NCBI GenBank assembly: GCA_963734495.1
Contig: CAVTHK010000001.1
Coordinates: 320,001 to 384,000, forward strand
Source of the DNA: an uncultured Spirochaetota bacterium
GTDB taxonomy: Bacteria; Spirochaetota; Spirochaetia; SZUA-6; CAVTHK01
Reading direction: 5' to 3'
DNA: 64,000 bases
Shown here: positions 50,535 to 60,733 of the stretch, piece by piece
How positions within the stretch are numbered: the first letter of the stretch is position 1
Layout: each line of letters opens with the position of its first letter
Notes under the pieces: model-generated
The model's database searches: none
Seen by the model: only the letters and a program-made list of their open reading frames with translations
What the model was told of the DNA's origin: nothing
Made by a program: the position numbers and the translations under genes

Positions 50535-51890
50535 TTGAGCGTCGAGAACGCAGTCAACCTGAGGAGGCTGGTCCCCTGGATCGTCTACCTCATCTTCTTC
50601 GCGGTGCTGAACGAAACCGTGTTCAACGTCTCCACGCCGATCATCGCGCGCACGTTCTCGCTGACGCCGTCGGGGGTCAGCTGGATGATGACGATCTTCA
50701 TGGTGTTCTTCGGGATCGGCTCGGTGATCTACGGCAAGCTCGCGGATATCTACAGCCTCAGGCGGCTGATCATCGTCGGGATCGTCGTGTACGTCGCCGG
50801 CTCGGTCCTGGGCTTCGCGCTGCGGTCCTGGTACCCGGCGGTCGTCGCGGCTCGCGCGATCCAGGGCATGGGCGGCTCGGCGATCCCGGCGCTCATCTTC
50901 GTCGTCGTCGCGCGGTACGCGCCGGAGTCGGAGCGCGGCAGGATCTTCGGCTTTCTCACGTCGACGGTCTCGCTCGCGATCGGCCTCGGCCCCGTCATCG
51001 GCGGCGTCGTGTCGGGAAGCGTCGGCTGGTCGTACCTCTTTCTCATTCCGCTGCTCGTCCTGATTGCGATCCGTCCGTTCGGGAGAGAGCTGCCCAAGGA
51101 GCCGCGACGGGAAGGCGCCGTGGACCTCGTCGGCGCCGCGCTGGTCGCGGCGGCCGTCGGCGCCCTGGTCGTCGAGCTGAACTTTCCGGCATGGTACTGG
51201 CTCGCCGCGTTCATCTGCGCGGTGGTCCTGTTCGTCCTCCGCGTGCGCGGCGTGTCCGACCCCTTCATCACGCCGTCGCTCTTCGCGAACGCGAAGTTCC
51301 GCAACGGCGTGATCGCCGGGTTCTGCCTCTTTTACGTCGTCATCGGCGTCTTCTTCATGATTCCGCTGATGCTCAGCGACATCCACCGCCTCGGCCCCGC
51401 GCAGATCGGACTGACCCTCTTTCCGGGCGCCATCAGCTCGGTGATTTGCGGACCGATCGCCGGGACCCTCGCGGACCGGAAAGGCAGCAACTTCGTGGTG
51501 GCCATCGGGCTCGCGCTCCTGGTCGCCGGCATTCTCGCGATGTCCGTCCTGCTCGGCATATCGGCCCTGGTCGTGGCGGCCGCGATGCTGCTCACCTACG
51601 TCGGCTTCTCGCTCTTTCAGACCGCTATGATCAACAGCGTCTCGCAGACCCTGCCCGAGCACGAAACGGGCGTCGGCATGGGTCTCTTCAACCTCGTCGG
51701 GATCGTGGCGGGCGCCATCGGGACCGCGGTCGTAGGGCGAATCCTCGACGGCAGGCGGCTCGACACGCTGATCCTGCCCATCGTCGCGGCTGCCAGGGGC
51801 TACGAGTACAGCAACCTGATGCTCGCCTTCTCGCTGGTCGTCGCCGCGGGCGGCGCGCTGTATCTTCGGTCCTACCGGGCGCGGGTGTAG
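50535..51890 (+). CDS. MFS DHA2 efflux transporter, Tet(L)/Tet(K)-like
   Basis: FFAVLNETVFNVS, IYGKLADIYSLRRL, ARAIQG, GLGPVIGG, WSYLFLIP; AAGGAG SD, TTG start. Confidence 0.85.
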   Translation: MSVENAVNLRRLVPWIVYLIFFAVLNETVFNVSTPIIARTFSLTPSGVSWMMTIFMVFFGIGSVIYGKLADIYSLRRLIIVGIVVYVAGSVLGFALRSWYPAVVAARAIQGMGGSAIPALIFVVVARYAPESERGRIFGFLTSTVSLAIGLGPVIGGVVSGSVGWSYLFLIPLLVLIAIRPFGRELPKEPRREGAVDLVGAALVAAAVGALVVELNFPAWYWLAAFICAVVLFVLRVRGVSDPFITPSLFANAKFRNGVIAGFCLFYVVIGVFFMIPLMLSDIHRLGPAQIGLTLFPGAISSVICGPIAGTLADRKGSNFVVAIGLALLVAGILAMSVLLGISALVVAAAMLLTYVGFSLFQTAMINSVSQTLPEHETGVGMGLFNLVGIVAGAIGTAVVGRILDGRRLDTLILPIVAAARGYEYSNLMLAFSLVVAAGGALYLRSYRARV

Positions 51891-51900
51891 GAGGAGCGCA

Positions 51901-52911
51901 ATGAGGCGGGTCTTCGCATGGCTCGCGGCGCTGCTGTGCGCGGCGCTGCTGTGCGCGGCGCCGGCTTCTCACGGACAGACATCGATCATCGTCGCTCAGA
52001 GGGCCATACCGCTGCCGGGCGTGGAAGGCCGCATCGACCACCTGGCGATCGACCTGCCGCGCAAGCGTCTGTTCGTCTCGGCGCTCGGCAGCAATTCGCT
52101 TGAGGTGGTCGACCTGGTTTCCTCGGCGGTGATCCGCAGGATCGGAGGGCTCGAGGAGCCCCAGGGAGCGTACTACGCCGCGGACTCCGACAAGCTCTAC
52201 GTCACCAACGCGGGCAGTGGCCTGTGCGACGTCTTCGACGGCGCATCCCTGCGGCTGCTCTCGCGGATCGACCTGGGAGGCGACGCGGACAACATCCACG
52301 GCGATCCTGACTCGCATCGGGTTCTGATTGCCGCCGGAAACGGGATATCGGTCGTGGATACGACAAGCGGTCGACGGGTCGCCGAAATCGGGCTGCCGGG
52401 GCACCCGGAAGGGTTCGCGCTGGACCCGCAAGGATCCGCGCTGTTCGCCAACGTTCCCGCTCCCGCGCGAGGCGTGTTCGTGCTGGATCTGGTTCGGGAT
52501 GCGGTGATCAAGCGCTGGTCCATCGGCGGCCCGCTTGCGAACGCCTTCTCGAACTTCCCGATGGGGCTCGATGACGCGCATCGCAGGCTCTTCGTCGCGA
52601 CGCGGACGCCGGCCGCGCTCAAGGTGCTCGACGCCGATACGGGCAAGGTGGTCGCCGGCCTGAAAGTCGACGGAGACGCCGACGACGTCTTCTACGATGC
52701 CCGACGCCGGTGCCTGTACGTGTCGTGCGGCAACGGCTTCCTCGATGTCATTCAGCAGACGGATCCCGACCATTACCGGGTGACCGCGAGAACACCGACG
52801 GCGGCAGGCGCACGGACGTCGCTCTGGGTGCCCGAGATGGACCGGCTCTTCGTGGCAGTCCCTCGCCGCGGCAGCCAGCAGGCGGAGATCCGGGTCTTCG
52901 CGCCGGAGTAG
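51901..52911 (+). CDS. secreted YncE/YVTN-like beta-propeller protein
   Basis: Signal peptide, GRIDHLAID, EPQG, HPEGF, NFPM, GARTSL; GGAGGAG SD. Confidence 0.82.
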   Translation: MRRVFAWLAALLCAALLCAAPASHGQTSIIVAQRAIPLPGVEGRIDHLAIDLPRKRLFVSALGSNSLEVVDLVSSAVIRRIGGLEEPQGAYYAADSDKLYVTNAGSGLCDVFDGASLRLLSRIDLGGDADNIHGDPDSHRVLIAAGNGISVVDTTSGRRVAEIGLPGHPEGFALDPQGSALFANVPAPARGVFVLDLVRDAVIKRWSIGGPLANAFSNFPMGLDDAHRRLFVATRTPAALKVLDADTGKVVAGLKVDGDADDVFYDARRRCLYVSCGNGFLDVIQQTDPDHYRVTARTPTAAGARTSLWVPEMDRLFVAVPRRGSQQAEIRVFAPE

Positions 52912-53099
52912 GTCTGCAGTCGCCCCGCCTGGTGTCGATCTTGCCCGACCCTGTTCGTCGACGGGGTGGAGGATTCAGCGACCGAAGGTAGTCTTCAAGA
53001 TGCACGTCTCGCTCGACGGACATATACGCGCACCCGGCGGAGATGCGGATGAGATCCGGCGATCTTCGACGGGTGTACAATGGCGTCCGGAGGCCACCT

Positions 53100-53909
53100 G
53101 TGAGCGACGTGAGATCCGCCCATCAAGAGACCCACGCGGCGTGGGAAGCCAATGCGTACGTGTGGGACGCGAAGATGGGCGACACTGGCAACGATTTCTT
53201 CACCGTACTGGAGTGGCCGGCGATTCTGCGACTGCTCAGCCCGGGACCCCGGCAGAGCATCCTCGACGTCGCGTGCGGCAACGGCCTCACTGCGCGCCAT
53301 CTGGCCGCGCTGGGCGCGACGGTCACGGCGTTCGATTTCTCGCCAAGCCTGGTCGAGCTCGCCAGGAAACGTTCGGCTCATGCCGCGCCTCCGATCGCCT
53401 ATTGCGTTCTCGACGCGACCGATGAGGGCGCGCTGCGGGCGACACTCGGGCCGGCGGGACCGTTCGACGCCGCCGTGTGCAACATGGCGCTGTTTGACAT
53501 CGCCGACATCGAGCCCCTGTTACGGGTGTTGCCTGACGTACTGCGACCGGACGGCATGTTCGTCTTCACGCTGACCCATCCGGCATTCAACAACGTATCC
53601 TGTTCCCATGTTGCGGAAGAACGGGACCAGGATGGGCAGATAAGGACGACCTATTCCGTCAAAGTCTCGCGCTATATGACTCCACAGCAGGCCCGTGGCC
53701 TCGCGCTGCGCAATCAGCCGATGCCGCAGGTGTACTTCGATCGGCCGCTCGAATACTACCTGAACCTGGCGTTCCGTAGCGGCTTCGTGCTGGACGGCTT
53801 CGAGGAGCGCGCCTTTCCGGCAGACCACCCGCAGCCGCATCCGCTCGGGTGGGGGGGCAGGTTCAGCGAGATACCGGCCGTTCTTGCCGCTCGCCTTCGA
53901 CGGCGGTAA
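53100..53909 (+). CDS. class I SAM-dependent methyltransferase
   Basis: ILDVACGNG, FDFS, LRPDG; GTG with GGAGG SD. Confidence 0.88.
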   Translation: MSDVRSAHQETHAAWEANAYVWDAKMGDTGNDFFTVLEWPAILRLLSPGPRQSILDVACGNGLTARHLAALGATVTAFDFSPSLVELARKRSAHAAPPIAYCVLDATDEGALRATLGPAGPFDAAVCNMALFDIADIEPLLRVLPDVLRPDGMFVFTLTHPAFNNVSCSHVAEERDQDGQIRTTYSVKVSRYMTPQQARGLALRNQPMPQVYFDRPLEYYLNLAFRSGFVLDGFEERAFPADHPQPHPLGWGGRFSEIPAVLAARLRRR

Positions 53910-54173
53910 CAGCGCTCCGCCACCGTGAGCGCTCCGATCGCGGAGCGAGGCCCGGGAGCTGGCCGTCGATCAGCGCACCCGCCGCCTCCGCGAGGTTGCA
54001 TGCAGCAAAAGCAAGTCGGTTCGATCCGGAGCTCGGCCCTTACTCGGGGACACTCGTGTGCGTGTGACCGGCGGGCGCGAATTGCGTAGACGTTGCGGAC
54101 GAGGATCGCGCACGCGGTCCCATCGCTTGAGGCAACGGGACTGTCGCGAGCGGCGTGCCGCCGGCTCCGGCCC

Positions 54174-55010
54174 CTACAGCAGGTCGAAGGCTTTCAGGTC
54201 GCCCGTCTCATAGCCGAGCTTGAAGTACTTGATGCGCTGGGCGCTCGATCCGTGCGTGAAGCTGTCGGGGACGACGTAGCCCTGGGATTGCTTCTGGATG
54301 CGGTCGTCGCCGACGGCGGCGGCCGCGTTCAGCGCCTCGGAGAGGTCGCCGCTGTCGAGCAGGCGCCGTGACTTGTCGGCATAGTGGGCCCAGATCCCCG
54401 CATAGAAGTCCGCCTGCAGCTCGAGGCGCACCGAGAGATTGTTCGCCTCCGAACGGGTGGCACGGTTCATGAGGGAGTGGACCTTCTGCATGGTCCCGAG
54501 CTGGTTCTGAACGTGGTGGCCCACCTCGTGCGCGATGACGTACGCCTGGGCGAAGTCCCCGGGCGCCTTGAAGCGGCTCGCGAGCTCCTCGTAGAAGCTC
54601 AGGTCGAGATAGAGCTTCTGGTCCCCGGGACAGTAGAACGGGCCGCTCGACCCCTGGGCCGCGCCGCACGCTGACTGCACCTGGCTGGAAAAGATGACGA
54701 GGTGGGGCTCCACGTAGTCCCTGCCCATCTTTGCGAAGATGGCGTTCCACGTGTCCTCGGTGTCGGCCAGGACCACCGAGCACATGTCCGCCAGTCGATC
54801 TTCGGCGGGAGAGGTCTGCTGGGTGCCCTGGGTCGTTCCGGTCGCGTCGGGGAGGAGGCCCTGAAGGACCTGCGACGGGTCGCCTCCCATCAGGAGCACG
54901 ACAAGGGCGACGATGATGGCACCACCGCCTCCGATCGCGATGCCCCTGCCGCCGCCGCCTCGGCGGCGGTCCTCGACGTTATCGCTGCGCCTGCCGGTCT
55001 CCCATTTCAT
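54174..55010 (-). CDS. neutral zinc metallopeptidase (YpfJ family)
   Basis: RRSDNVEDRR, GPFYCP, HEVGHH, ELQAD, DSFTHGSS. Confidence 0.92.
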   Translation of the reverse strand: MKWETGRRSDNVEDRRRGGGGRGIAIGGGGAIIVALVVLLMGGDPSQVLQGLLPDATGTTQGTQQTSPAEDRLADMCSVVLADTEDTWNAIFAKMGRDYVEPHLVIFSSQVQSACGAAQGSSGPFYCPGDQKLYLDLSFYEELASRFKAPGDFAQAYVIAHEVGHHVQNQLGTMQKVHSLMNRATRSEANNLSVRLELQADFYAGIWAHYADKSRRLLDSGDLSEALNAAAAVGDDRIQKQSQGYVVPDSFTHGSSAQRIKYFKLGYETGDLKAFDLL

Positions 55011-55137
55011 ATCCCAAGCCTAGCGCGCCCGGTGCGCTCCGTCAAGGATGGCTGCCGCCCTGTAGCCGCCCCGTGGTCGCCCGGCGTCCTGCGCGGTTGC
55101 CTTTGCGCACGACGCGAGTAGAATACGGGCACCGCCT

Positions 55138-55545
55138 ATGCGTCGCACGTGGATCATCGGATTGTTGGCAGCGAGCTTCGCTGCCCTGCTGGGCGGATGC
55201 CGCCAGGGAGCCGAGGGTCAGCCCGATTTCTCCCTCGAGCTCGCTCCAGTGGAAGAGACTCTCTTCGAGGCCCAGCCGGCCAGGACCTTCACATTCCGCG
55301 TGCACCCGCTCAACGAGTACACCGGCACGGTGACTATCACAGCGACGGCCCCCGCGGGCGTGGTATTGTCGCAGGCGCCGACGCCCGCCAGCTTTGTCTT
55401 CGGCGCGGGGGACGGCAGCAAGCAGGGCACCTTTAGTCTCAGCGCCCCAACGGTTCCTGCTCAGGCCGACGTCACGATGGCCGTCAGCGCCTCGGACGGC
55501 AGCCTGACGCACGCCGGCAGCATCCTGCTCCAGCTCCGGAAATAG
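55138..55545 (+). CDS. hypothetical lipoprotein, probably Ig-like fold
   Basis: Lipobox-like LLGGC after hydrophobic leader; beta-rich T/S/A sequence. Confidence 0.6.
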   Translation: MRRTWIIGLLAASFAALLGGCRQGAEGQPDFSLELAPVEETLFEAQPARTFTFRVHPLNEYTGTVTITATAPAGVVLSQAPTPASFVFGAGDGSKQGTFSLSAPTVPAQADVTMAVSASDGSLTHAGSILLQLRK

Positions 55546-55550
55546 GCGGA

Positions 55551-56495
55551 TCAGCGCGGCGGCAGGTCGGGCGGCACGCCGCGCGCCACACGGTCGGCGA
55601 GCATGCGCGCCGTGCCGCGCTCCGAAGGCAGGTCCGCGACGTCGGACCGCGGCGCCCGGCCAGCGGGCGCGCAGCGCCGCCTCGAGGCTCGCGCGCACGG
55701 GCGCCGAGTTCCGCAGCACGGAGCCCGCGGCCACGATCTCGGGGTCGCCGCCGAGGTCGAGCTGCGCGAGGACGCCCGCGGTCAGGTTCGCGAGCTCGGC
55801 CCCCGCGGCGGCCAGGATGCGAGCTGCCGCATCGTCTCCCTGGCCCGCGGCCTCCTCCACCTCGCGCGAGAGCGCGGCGATCTCTTCCTTGGTGCGCGAA
55901 GGCGTGTGCAGCCAGGTCACCAGCTCGATGGGCGCGCCGAGCGCCAGCCGCCGCGTCACCAGCTCCGACATCCGCGACGGCCGCTCGCGGCCGTCCACCT
56001 CGCGCATGATGCGGCGGAGCGCCTCGATCGCGATCCACCAGGCGCTGCCCTCGTCGCTGGCAAAGCGGCCCCAGCCGCCGCAGCGCGCTTCGCCGCCCCG
56101 GCCGTCGGCGCCGATCGCGAACGATCCCGTGCCGGCCGACACGACCACGCCCCGACCGTCGGGGTGCGCGGCCCAGAACGCGCTCTGCCCGTCGTGAAAA
56201 AGGTAGAAGGCCGTCGCCGCGAACAGCGACGCTCGCGCCTCGTCGAGGTCGCGGAGCGCGGGGCCTCGGATGTCGGGCCTGCCGACGCCGGCCATGGAGA
56301 GACCGATCACGCCGGGTGCGTCATCCGGGAGCGCGGCGGCCAGCGCAGCCAGCAGCTTCTCCAGCCCGTCGCGTCCGCTTTCGGCGTAGTTCGCGCCGGG
56401 CACCGTGCCGCTCGCGAGCGGCCGCGCCGCGTCGCGGAACAGCAGCCAGGGCGCGCGCGTCGCGCCCGAATCGACTGCGAGGCACAGGGGGACAC
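55551..56495 (-). pseudogene. BadF/BadG-type N-acetylglucosamine/N-acetylmuramate kinase, apparently frameshifted twice
   Basis: VDSGAT, SAGTGS, CGGWG...DEGS, EIAAL; GTG 56495 out of frame at a C5 run; natural-looking C-terminus in another frame after about 55643. Confidence 0.75.
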
Positions 56496-56510
56496 GGCCG
56501 GGCTTGGCTG

Positions 56511-57339
56511 CTATTTGATCGCTCCCTCGGTCAACCCGGAGATGAACTGTCTGCTCAGCACCAGGAACAGCACGATGACGGGCACGATGGCGATGTTCAG
56601 CCCCGCGAACAGAAGGTCCCACTGGATCGCGAACTCGCCGAAGAAGCTCTGGATCCCGAGCGGGATCGTCTTGCGGGTCTTCGTGCTGATGAAGATCAGA
56701 GGGAAGAAGAAGTCGTTCCACACGTTGATGAAGTTGAAGATCGCCACCGTGGCGAGCGCCGGCCGCAGCAGCGGCAGGTTCACCTGCCAGTAGATGCGAA
56801 AGGCCCCCGCCCCGTCGATGCGGGCGGAGTCCTCGAGGTCGATCGGGATCGACTTGAAAAAGTTCGACAGCAGGAAAATCGAGAACGAAAGCCCGCTCGC
56901 GGTGTTGACGACGCACAGGCCGAGCAGCGAGTCCAGCAGCCCGATGTTGCGCATCAGCAGGAAGATCGGGATGATGGCCAGGCGGGCCGGCAGCACGAGC
57001 CCCGCGAGGATATACAGGTAGACCACCCGCTTTCCCGGGAACTCGTAGCGGGCCAGCACGTAGGCGCCCATCGACGAGACGAGCACGAGCAGCGCGATGG
57101 AGAGCACCGAGACCAGGACGCTGTTGCGGAAGTAGACGGCGAAGCTCGCCTTGTTCCACGCGGTGACGTAGTTGGCGAGGCTCCACTTTTTCGGCAGCCC
57201 GAAGGGGTTGGTGAAGATCTCCGCGGTGGACTTGAAGCCGGACACGATCATGACGCCGATCGGGAAGAGGTTGGCGAACGCCCACAGCAGCAGGATCGCC
57301 AGGACGATGACCGGACTGGACGCGGCTGAGCCTGAACAC
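56511..57339 (-). pseudogene. carbohydrate ABC permease (MalG-like), +1 frameshift near 57313
   Basis: FRNS, LEDSARIDGA, WNDF, GLTEGAIK; GTG 57339 with GGAGG SD is one base out of frame. Confidence 0.8.
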
Positions 57340-57340
57340 G

Positions 57341-58283
57341 CTACCGCCTCCCCCGGCCGGGTCGCGGGGACGGGGCGCCCTCGGCCCTGCGGTCGACGAT
57401 GTACACGTAGATGATCGAGACGGGGAACACCACGAGGAAGATCAGGGTCACCACGGTGGCGCCCAGGCCCATGCCCATCTGCGAGGCGCCCAACCCGCCG
57501 AAGGCGATGCGGTAGAAGAGCGTGCCGAGCACGTCGCTCGCGCCGGCCGGCCCCGCCTGCGCCCCTTCCATCGCGAAGACGATGTCGAAGACGCTGAAGC
57601 TCCAGATCAGCTTGAGCATCGTGAGGGTGGCGACGAGCGGCAGGATCTGGGGCAGAACGAGCCGCAGCGCGATCTCGGGCTCCGACGCGCCGTCGATGCG
57701 CCCCGCTTCGGGGATCTCGCGGCTGATGCCGACGATGCCGGCGAGAAACACGAGCACGTAGAAGCCCATGCCGCGCCACGAGTTCACCGTGATGATCGTG
57801 GGGAACGCCAGGCCCATGTCGCCGAGCCACGGCCGCGCGAGCGCGCCGAGCCCGATCGCCTTGAGCGACACGTTGATGACGCCCCACTGCGGGTTGAGGA
57901 GCAGGCCCCAGAGGAAGCCGACGATGACGATCGACAGCGTGTTCGGGATGAAGAAGATCGCCTTGAAGGCGTTGGTCCCGCGCAGCCCCGCGGCCAGCCC
58001 GAACGCGAGCACCAGACCGGGCACCATGCTCTGCGCCCAGGACAGCGCGAAGAAATAGATGTTGTGGCCGAACGCGGCGAGGAACTCCTTGCTCATCGTC
58101 CCCGGCGAGAACGCTGGCGTAGTTCGCCATGCCCACCCACTTCTTCGGGCCGATGCCCGGCCAGTCGTAGAAGCTCAAGCCGAGGCTGCTCACGAACGGG
58201 TAGGCCACGAACGCCGTGTACAGCACGAACGCCGGCACGAGCATGAGGAGGAATCCGTAGCTGCGGAGAGACCTGCGGGCCAT
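57341..58283 (-). pseudogene. carbohydrate ABC permease (MalF-like), +1 frameshift at G4 run 58100-58103
   Basis: VGMANY in the 5' frame; EAGRIDGA in the 3' frame. Confidence 0.8.
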
Positions 58284-58334
58284 GGACGCTCAGGCGCAAG
58301 GGGCGGCCCGCGCCGCCCCTTCAACCTTCTTCTC

Positions 58335-59606
58335 CTACTTCTTGAAGGCCGGGTACCAGGCGCCTACGCCGTCCTGGACCTTCTTCGCCAGCTCCGCCGG
58401 CGTGATCTTGCCCAGGTACATCTCCTGCATTCCCGGTGTCAGGATGTCGTAGACCGTGGGCTTGCCGGCCTCGAAAGGCGAGCCGACCCAGTAGATGTTC
58501 TTCGCAGCGAGCTTGTTCGCGACGTCGTAGCACTCGGCCAGCACGGGCTTGTCCTTGGACAGCGTCACGCCCTTGATCGCCGTCATCTCGCCCGTGACCG
58601 CCGCGAACATCGTGCCGAAATCGGTGGTCGCGGTGTAGTTGAGCACCTTGAGCGCCGCCTCCCGGTTCTTCGAGGCGGCGTTCAGGCCGTAGGAACCGTC
58701 CATGTAGACGTACACGCGCGCGTCGCCGGGCTTGACCCCCGGCACGGGGAAGTAGCCGTACTTGAAGTTCGGGTTGAGCTTGAGCCAGTTGCTGTCGCCC
58801 CACACCCCGTAGAACAGCATGGCGGCCTGCCCCAGCGCGAAGGCCGCATCGCCTTCCGTCTGCATGTTGGCCATGAAGTCCTTTTGATAGAAAGCTCTCA
58901 GGTCGTACAGCTTCTGCAGCATGTCGACGTACGGCGCATCGGTGAACTTCGCCTCGCCCTTGATCAGCTTGCCGATCCAGTCCTCGCCCGGAATGCTCAC
59001 GCCCACCATGGCGTTCTGCATCGCGAGCACCCACGCCTCCTTGCCCGGCACGAAGAAGGGCGTCACGCCGTTGGCCTGCAGCGTCCTGCAGATGGCCGCG
59101 AGCTGGTCGACGGTCTCGGGCTCCTTGAGGTTGTACTTGGCGAAGATGTCGAGGTTGTAGAAGATGCCGACGACCTGGTTCGCGAAGGGCACGCCCCAGG
59201 TCTTGCCGTTCTGCTGGATGGAGGCCAGCGTGACCGGCTGGAAGTTCTTGAGGTCGACCAGCCCGTCGAGCGGCACGAGGTACCCGTTGTCGATGAGCGG
59301 CTGGGTCCTCGTGATGTTCGGGAGGCGTCGGGTCAGGTAGATGTCCGACGCCGTACCGCCCTGCAGCGAGAGCAGCAGCTTCGCATCGTACTCCGTGGCG
59401 ATGAACGACTCGTAGGCGATCGTGATCTTCTGGCCCTGCTTCTGCAGCGCCTCCTGCACCTTTTCCCACACGGGCGCGTCCTGGGTGCGCCAGCCCCACA
59501 GCTTGAGTGTCACGCCCGCCTTTGCCGTCTCGCCTCCGCCGCTTGCCCAGCTCATCGCCGAGACGAGCAGCCCGAGCGCAAGACACAGAATCAGGCTTCT
59601 CTTCAT
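58335..59606 (-). CDS. family 1 sugar ABC substrate-binding protein
   Basis: Signal peptide, TWGVP, IFYNLDIF, GQAAML; GGGAGG SD. Confidence 0.92.
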   Translation of the reverse strand: MKRSLILCLALGLLVSAMSWASGGGETAKAGVTLKLWGWRTQDAPVWEKVQEALQKQGQKITIAYESFIATEYDAKLLLSLQGGTASDIYLTRRLPNITRTQPLIDNGYLVPLDGLVDLKNFQPVTLASIQQNGKTWGVPFANQVVGIFYNLDIFAKYNLKEPETVDQLAAICRTLQANGVTPFFVPGKEAWVLAMQNAMVGVSIPGEDWIGKLIKGEAKFTDAPYVDMLQKLYDLRAFYQKDFMANMQTEGDAAFALGQAAMLFYGVWGDSNWLKLNPNFKYGYFPVPGVKPGDARVYVYMDGSYGLNAASKNREAALKVLNYTATTDFGTMFAAVTGEMTAIKGVTLSKDKPVLAECYDVANKLAAKNIYWVGSPFEAGKPTVYDILTPGMQEMYLGKITPAELAKKVQDGVGAWYPAFKK

Positions 59607-59656
59607 GCCTCACCTCCCGTTATGATTGGGTGCTATTGTAGATGCGGGAGTCTCTG

Positions 59657-60718
59657 GTGTCAAAATCGAGGGCGGACGGGATCACGGCGGTCGTCGATGA
59701 GGGGATTGCGAACGGGACTTTCCCGGGCGCCGTGGTTCTCGTGGAGAAGAAGGGTCGAGCGGTGATCTCCCTCGCGCGCGGCGACCGGCAGGTTCAGCCC
59801 GCGCGCGAGCCGATGACCGCCGACACGCTGTTCGACCTGGCGTCGCTCACCAAGCCGCTGGCGACCGCGCCGCTGGTCCTGCTGGTCGCGGCCCGCGAGG
59901 GAATCGGTCTCGACAGCGCGCTCGGCAGCCGCCTGCCCGGGGTCTGCGCGGAGTCGGGCGCGCTCACGCTGCGCGAGCTGCTGCTGCACACCGGAGGCCT
60001 GCCGCCGGTACCGAACCTGTACAAGGCGTTCGACGCGAGCTCCGTCGACCGCGACGAAGCCGAGAGGCTGCTGCTCTCGCGGCGGCCGGAGCGCGCGCCG
60101 GGCAGCGAGGTCGTCTACAGCTGCACCGGCTACCAGCTCCTTGGCCTATGGCTGCGCCGCGTGACGGGAAAAAGCCTGCGCGAGCTCTTTCGCGAGAAGG
60201 TCGCCGCGCCGCTGGGCCTGGCGGACGACCTGCTCTTCAACCCGCCCGACTCATCGCGCTGCGCGACGACGGAGCTCTGCGGCTGGCGCAAGCGCTGGAT
60301 GCGCGGCGAGGTGCACGACGAGAACTCCTGGTGCCTCGGCGGCGACGCGGGAAACGCCGGGCTCTTCGGGACCGCCGCGGCGGTGCTGCGCAGGCTGGAA
60401 GAGCTCGCCTCCGACGACCTCTTCGCCCCCATGCGCAGGTCTTTCACCGACGGCCTGAACCGCAGGCGCGCCGTCGGCTTCATGATGCACGACGCCGAGG
60501 CCCCGGTCGGCCCGCTCTACAGCAGCGATTCTTTCGGCCACACGGGCTTTACCGGCACCAGCGTCTGGGTCGAGCCTGCCGCGGCGCTCAGAGTCGTGGC
60601 GCTCACCAACCGCGTGCACCTCGGCCGCGCGGAGACGGACACGAAGCTCAAGGCATTCCGCGTCGCGCTGCACGAAGCTGCCCTTGCGGCGGCTCTCGAC
60701 GCGGAGCGCAGGCCGTGA
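59657..60718 (+). CDS. serine hydrolase, beta-lactamase class C fold (AmiE-like)
   Basis: FDLASLTK, LLHTGG, YSC, GEVHDEN, GHTGFTG; GTG with GGGAG SD (ATG 59642 is an alternative). Confidence 0.88.
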   Translation: MSKSRADGITAVVDEGIANGTFPGAVVLVEKKGRAVISLARGDRQVQPAREPMTADTLFDLASLTKPLATAPLVLLVAAREGIGLDSALGSRLPGVCAESGALTLRELLLHTGGLPPVPNLYKAFDASSVDRDEAERLLLSRRPERAPGSEVVYSCTGYQLLGLWLRRVTGKSLRELFREKVAAPLGLADDLLFNPPDSSRCATTELCGWRKRWMRGEVHDENSWCLGGDAGNAGLFGTAAAVLRRLEELASDDLFAPMRRSFTDGLNRRRAVGFMMHDAEAPVGPLYSSDSFGHTGFTGTSVWVEPAAALRVVALTNRVHLGRAETDTKLKAFRVALHEAALAAALDAERRP

Positions 60719-60733
60719 GCGCCGCAACGGCTG

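Noticed and set aside
52748-53080. Minus-strand small ORF between the beta-propeller and methyltransferase genes
   Set aside because: No SD or motif, and it overlaps the propeller gene antisense.
54014-54035. GGTTCGATCC resembling a tRNA T-loop
   Set aside because: Flanks (GTCGG/CGGAG) do not pair and no cloverleaf can be built.
55042-58283. 765-aa and 590-aa ORFs suggesting permease-kinase or permease-permease fusions
   Set aside because: They are by-products of the single-base frameshifts; intervening segments are off-frame.
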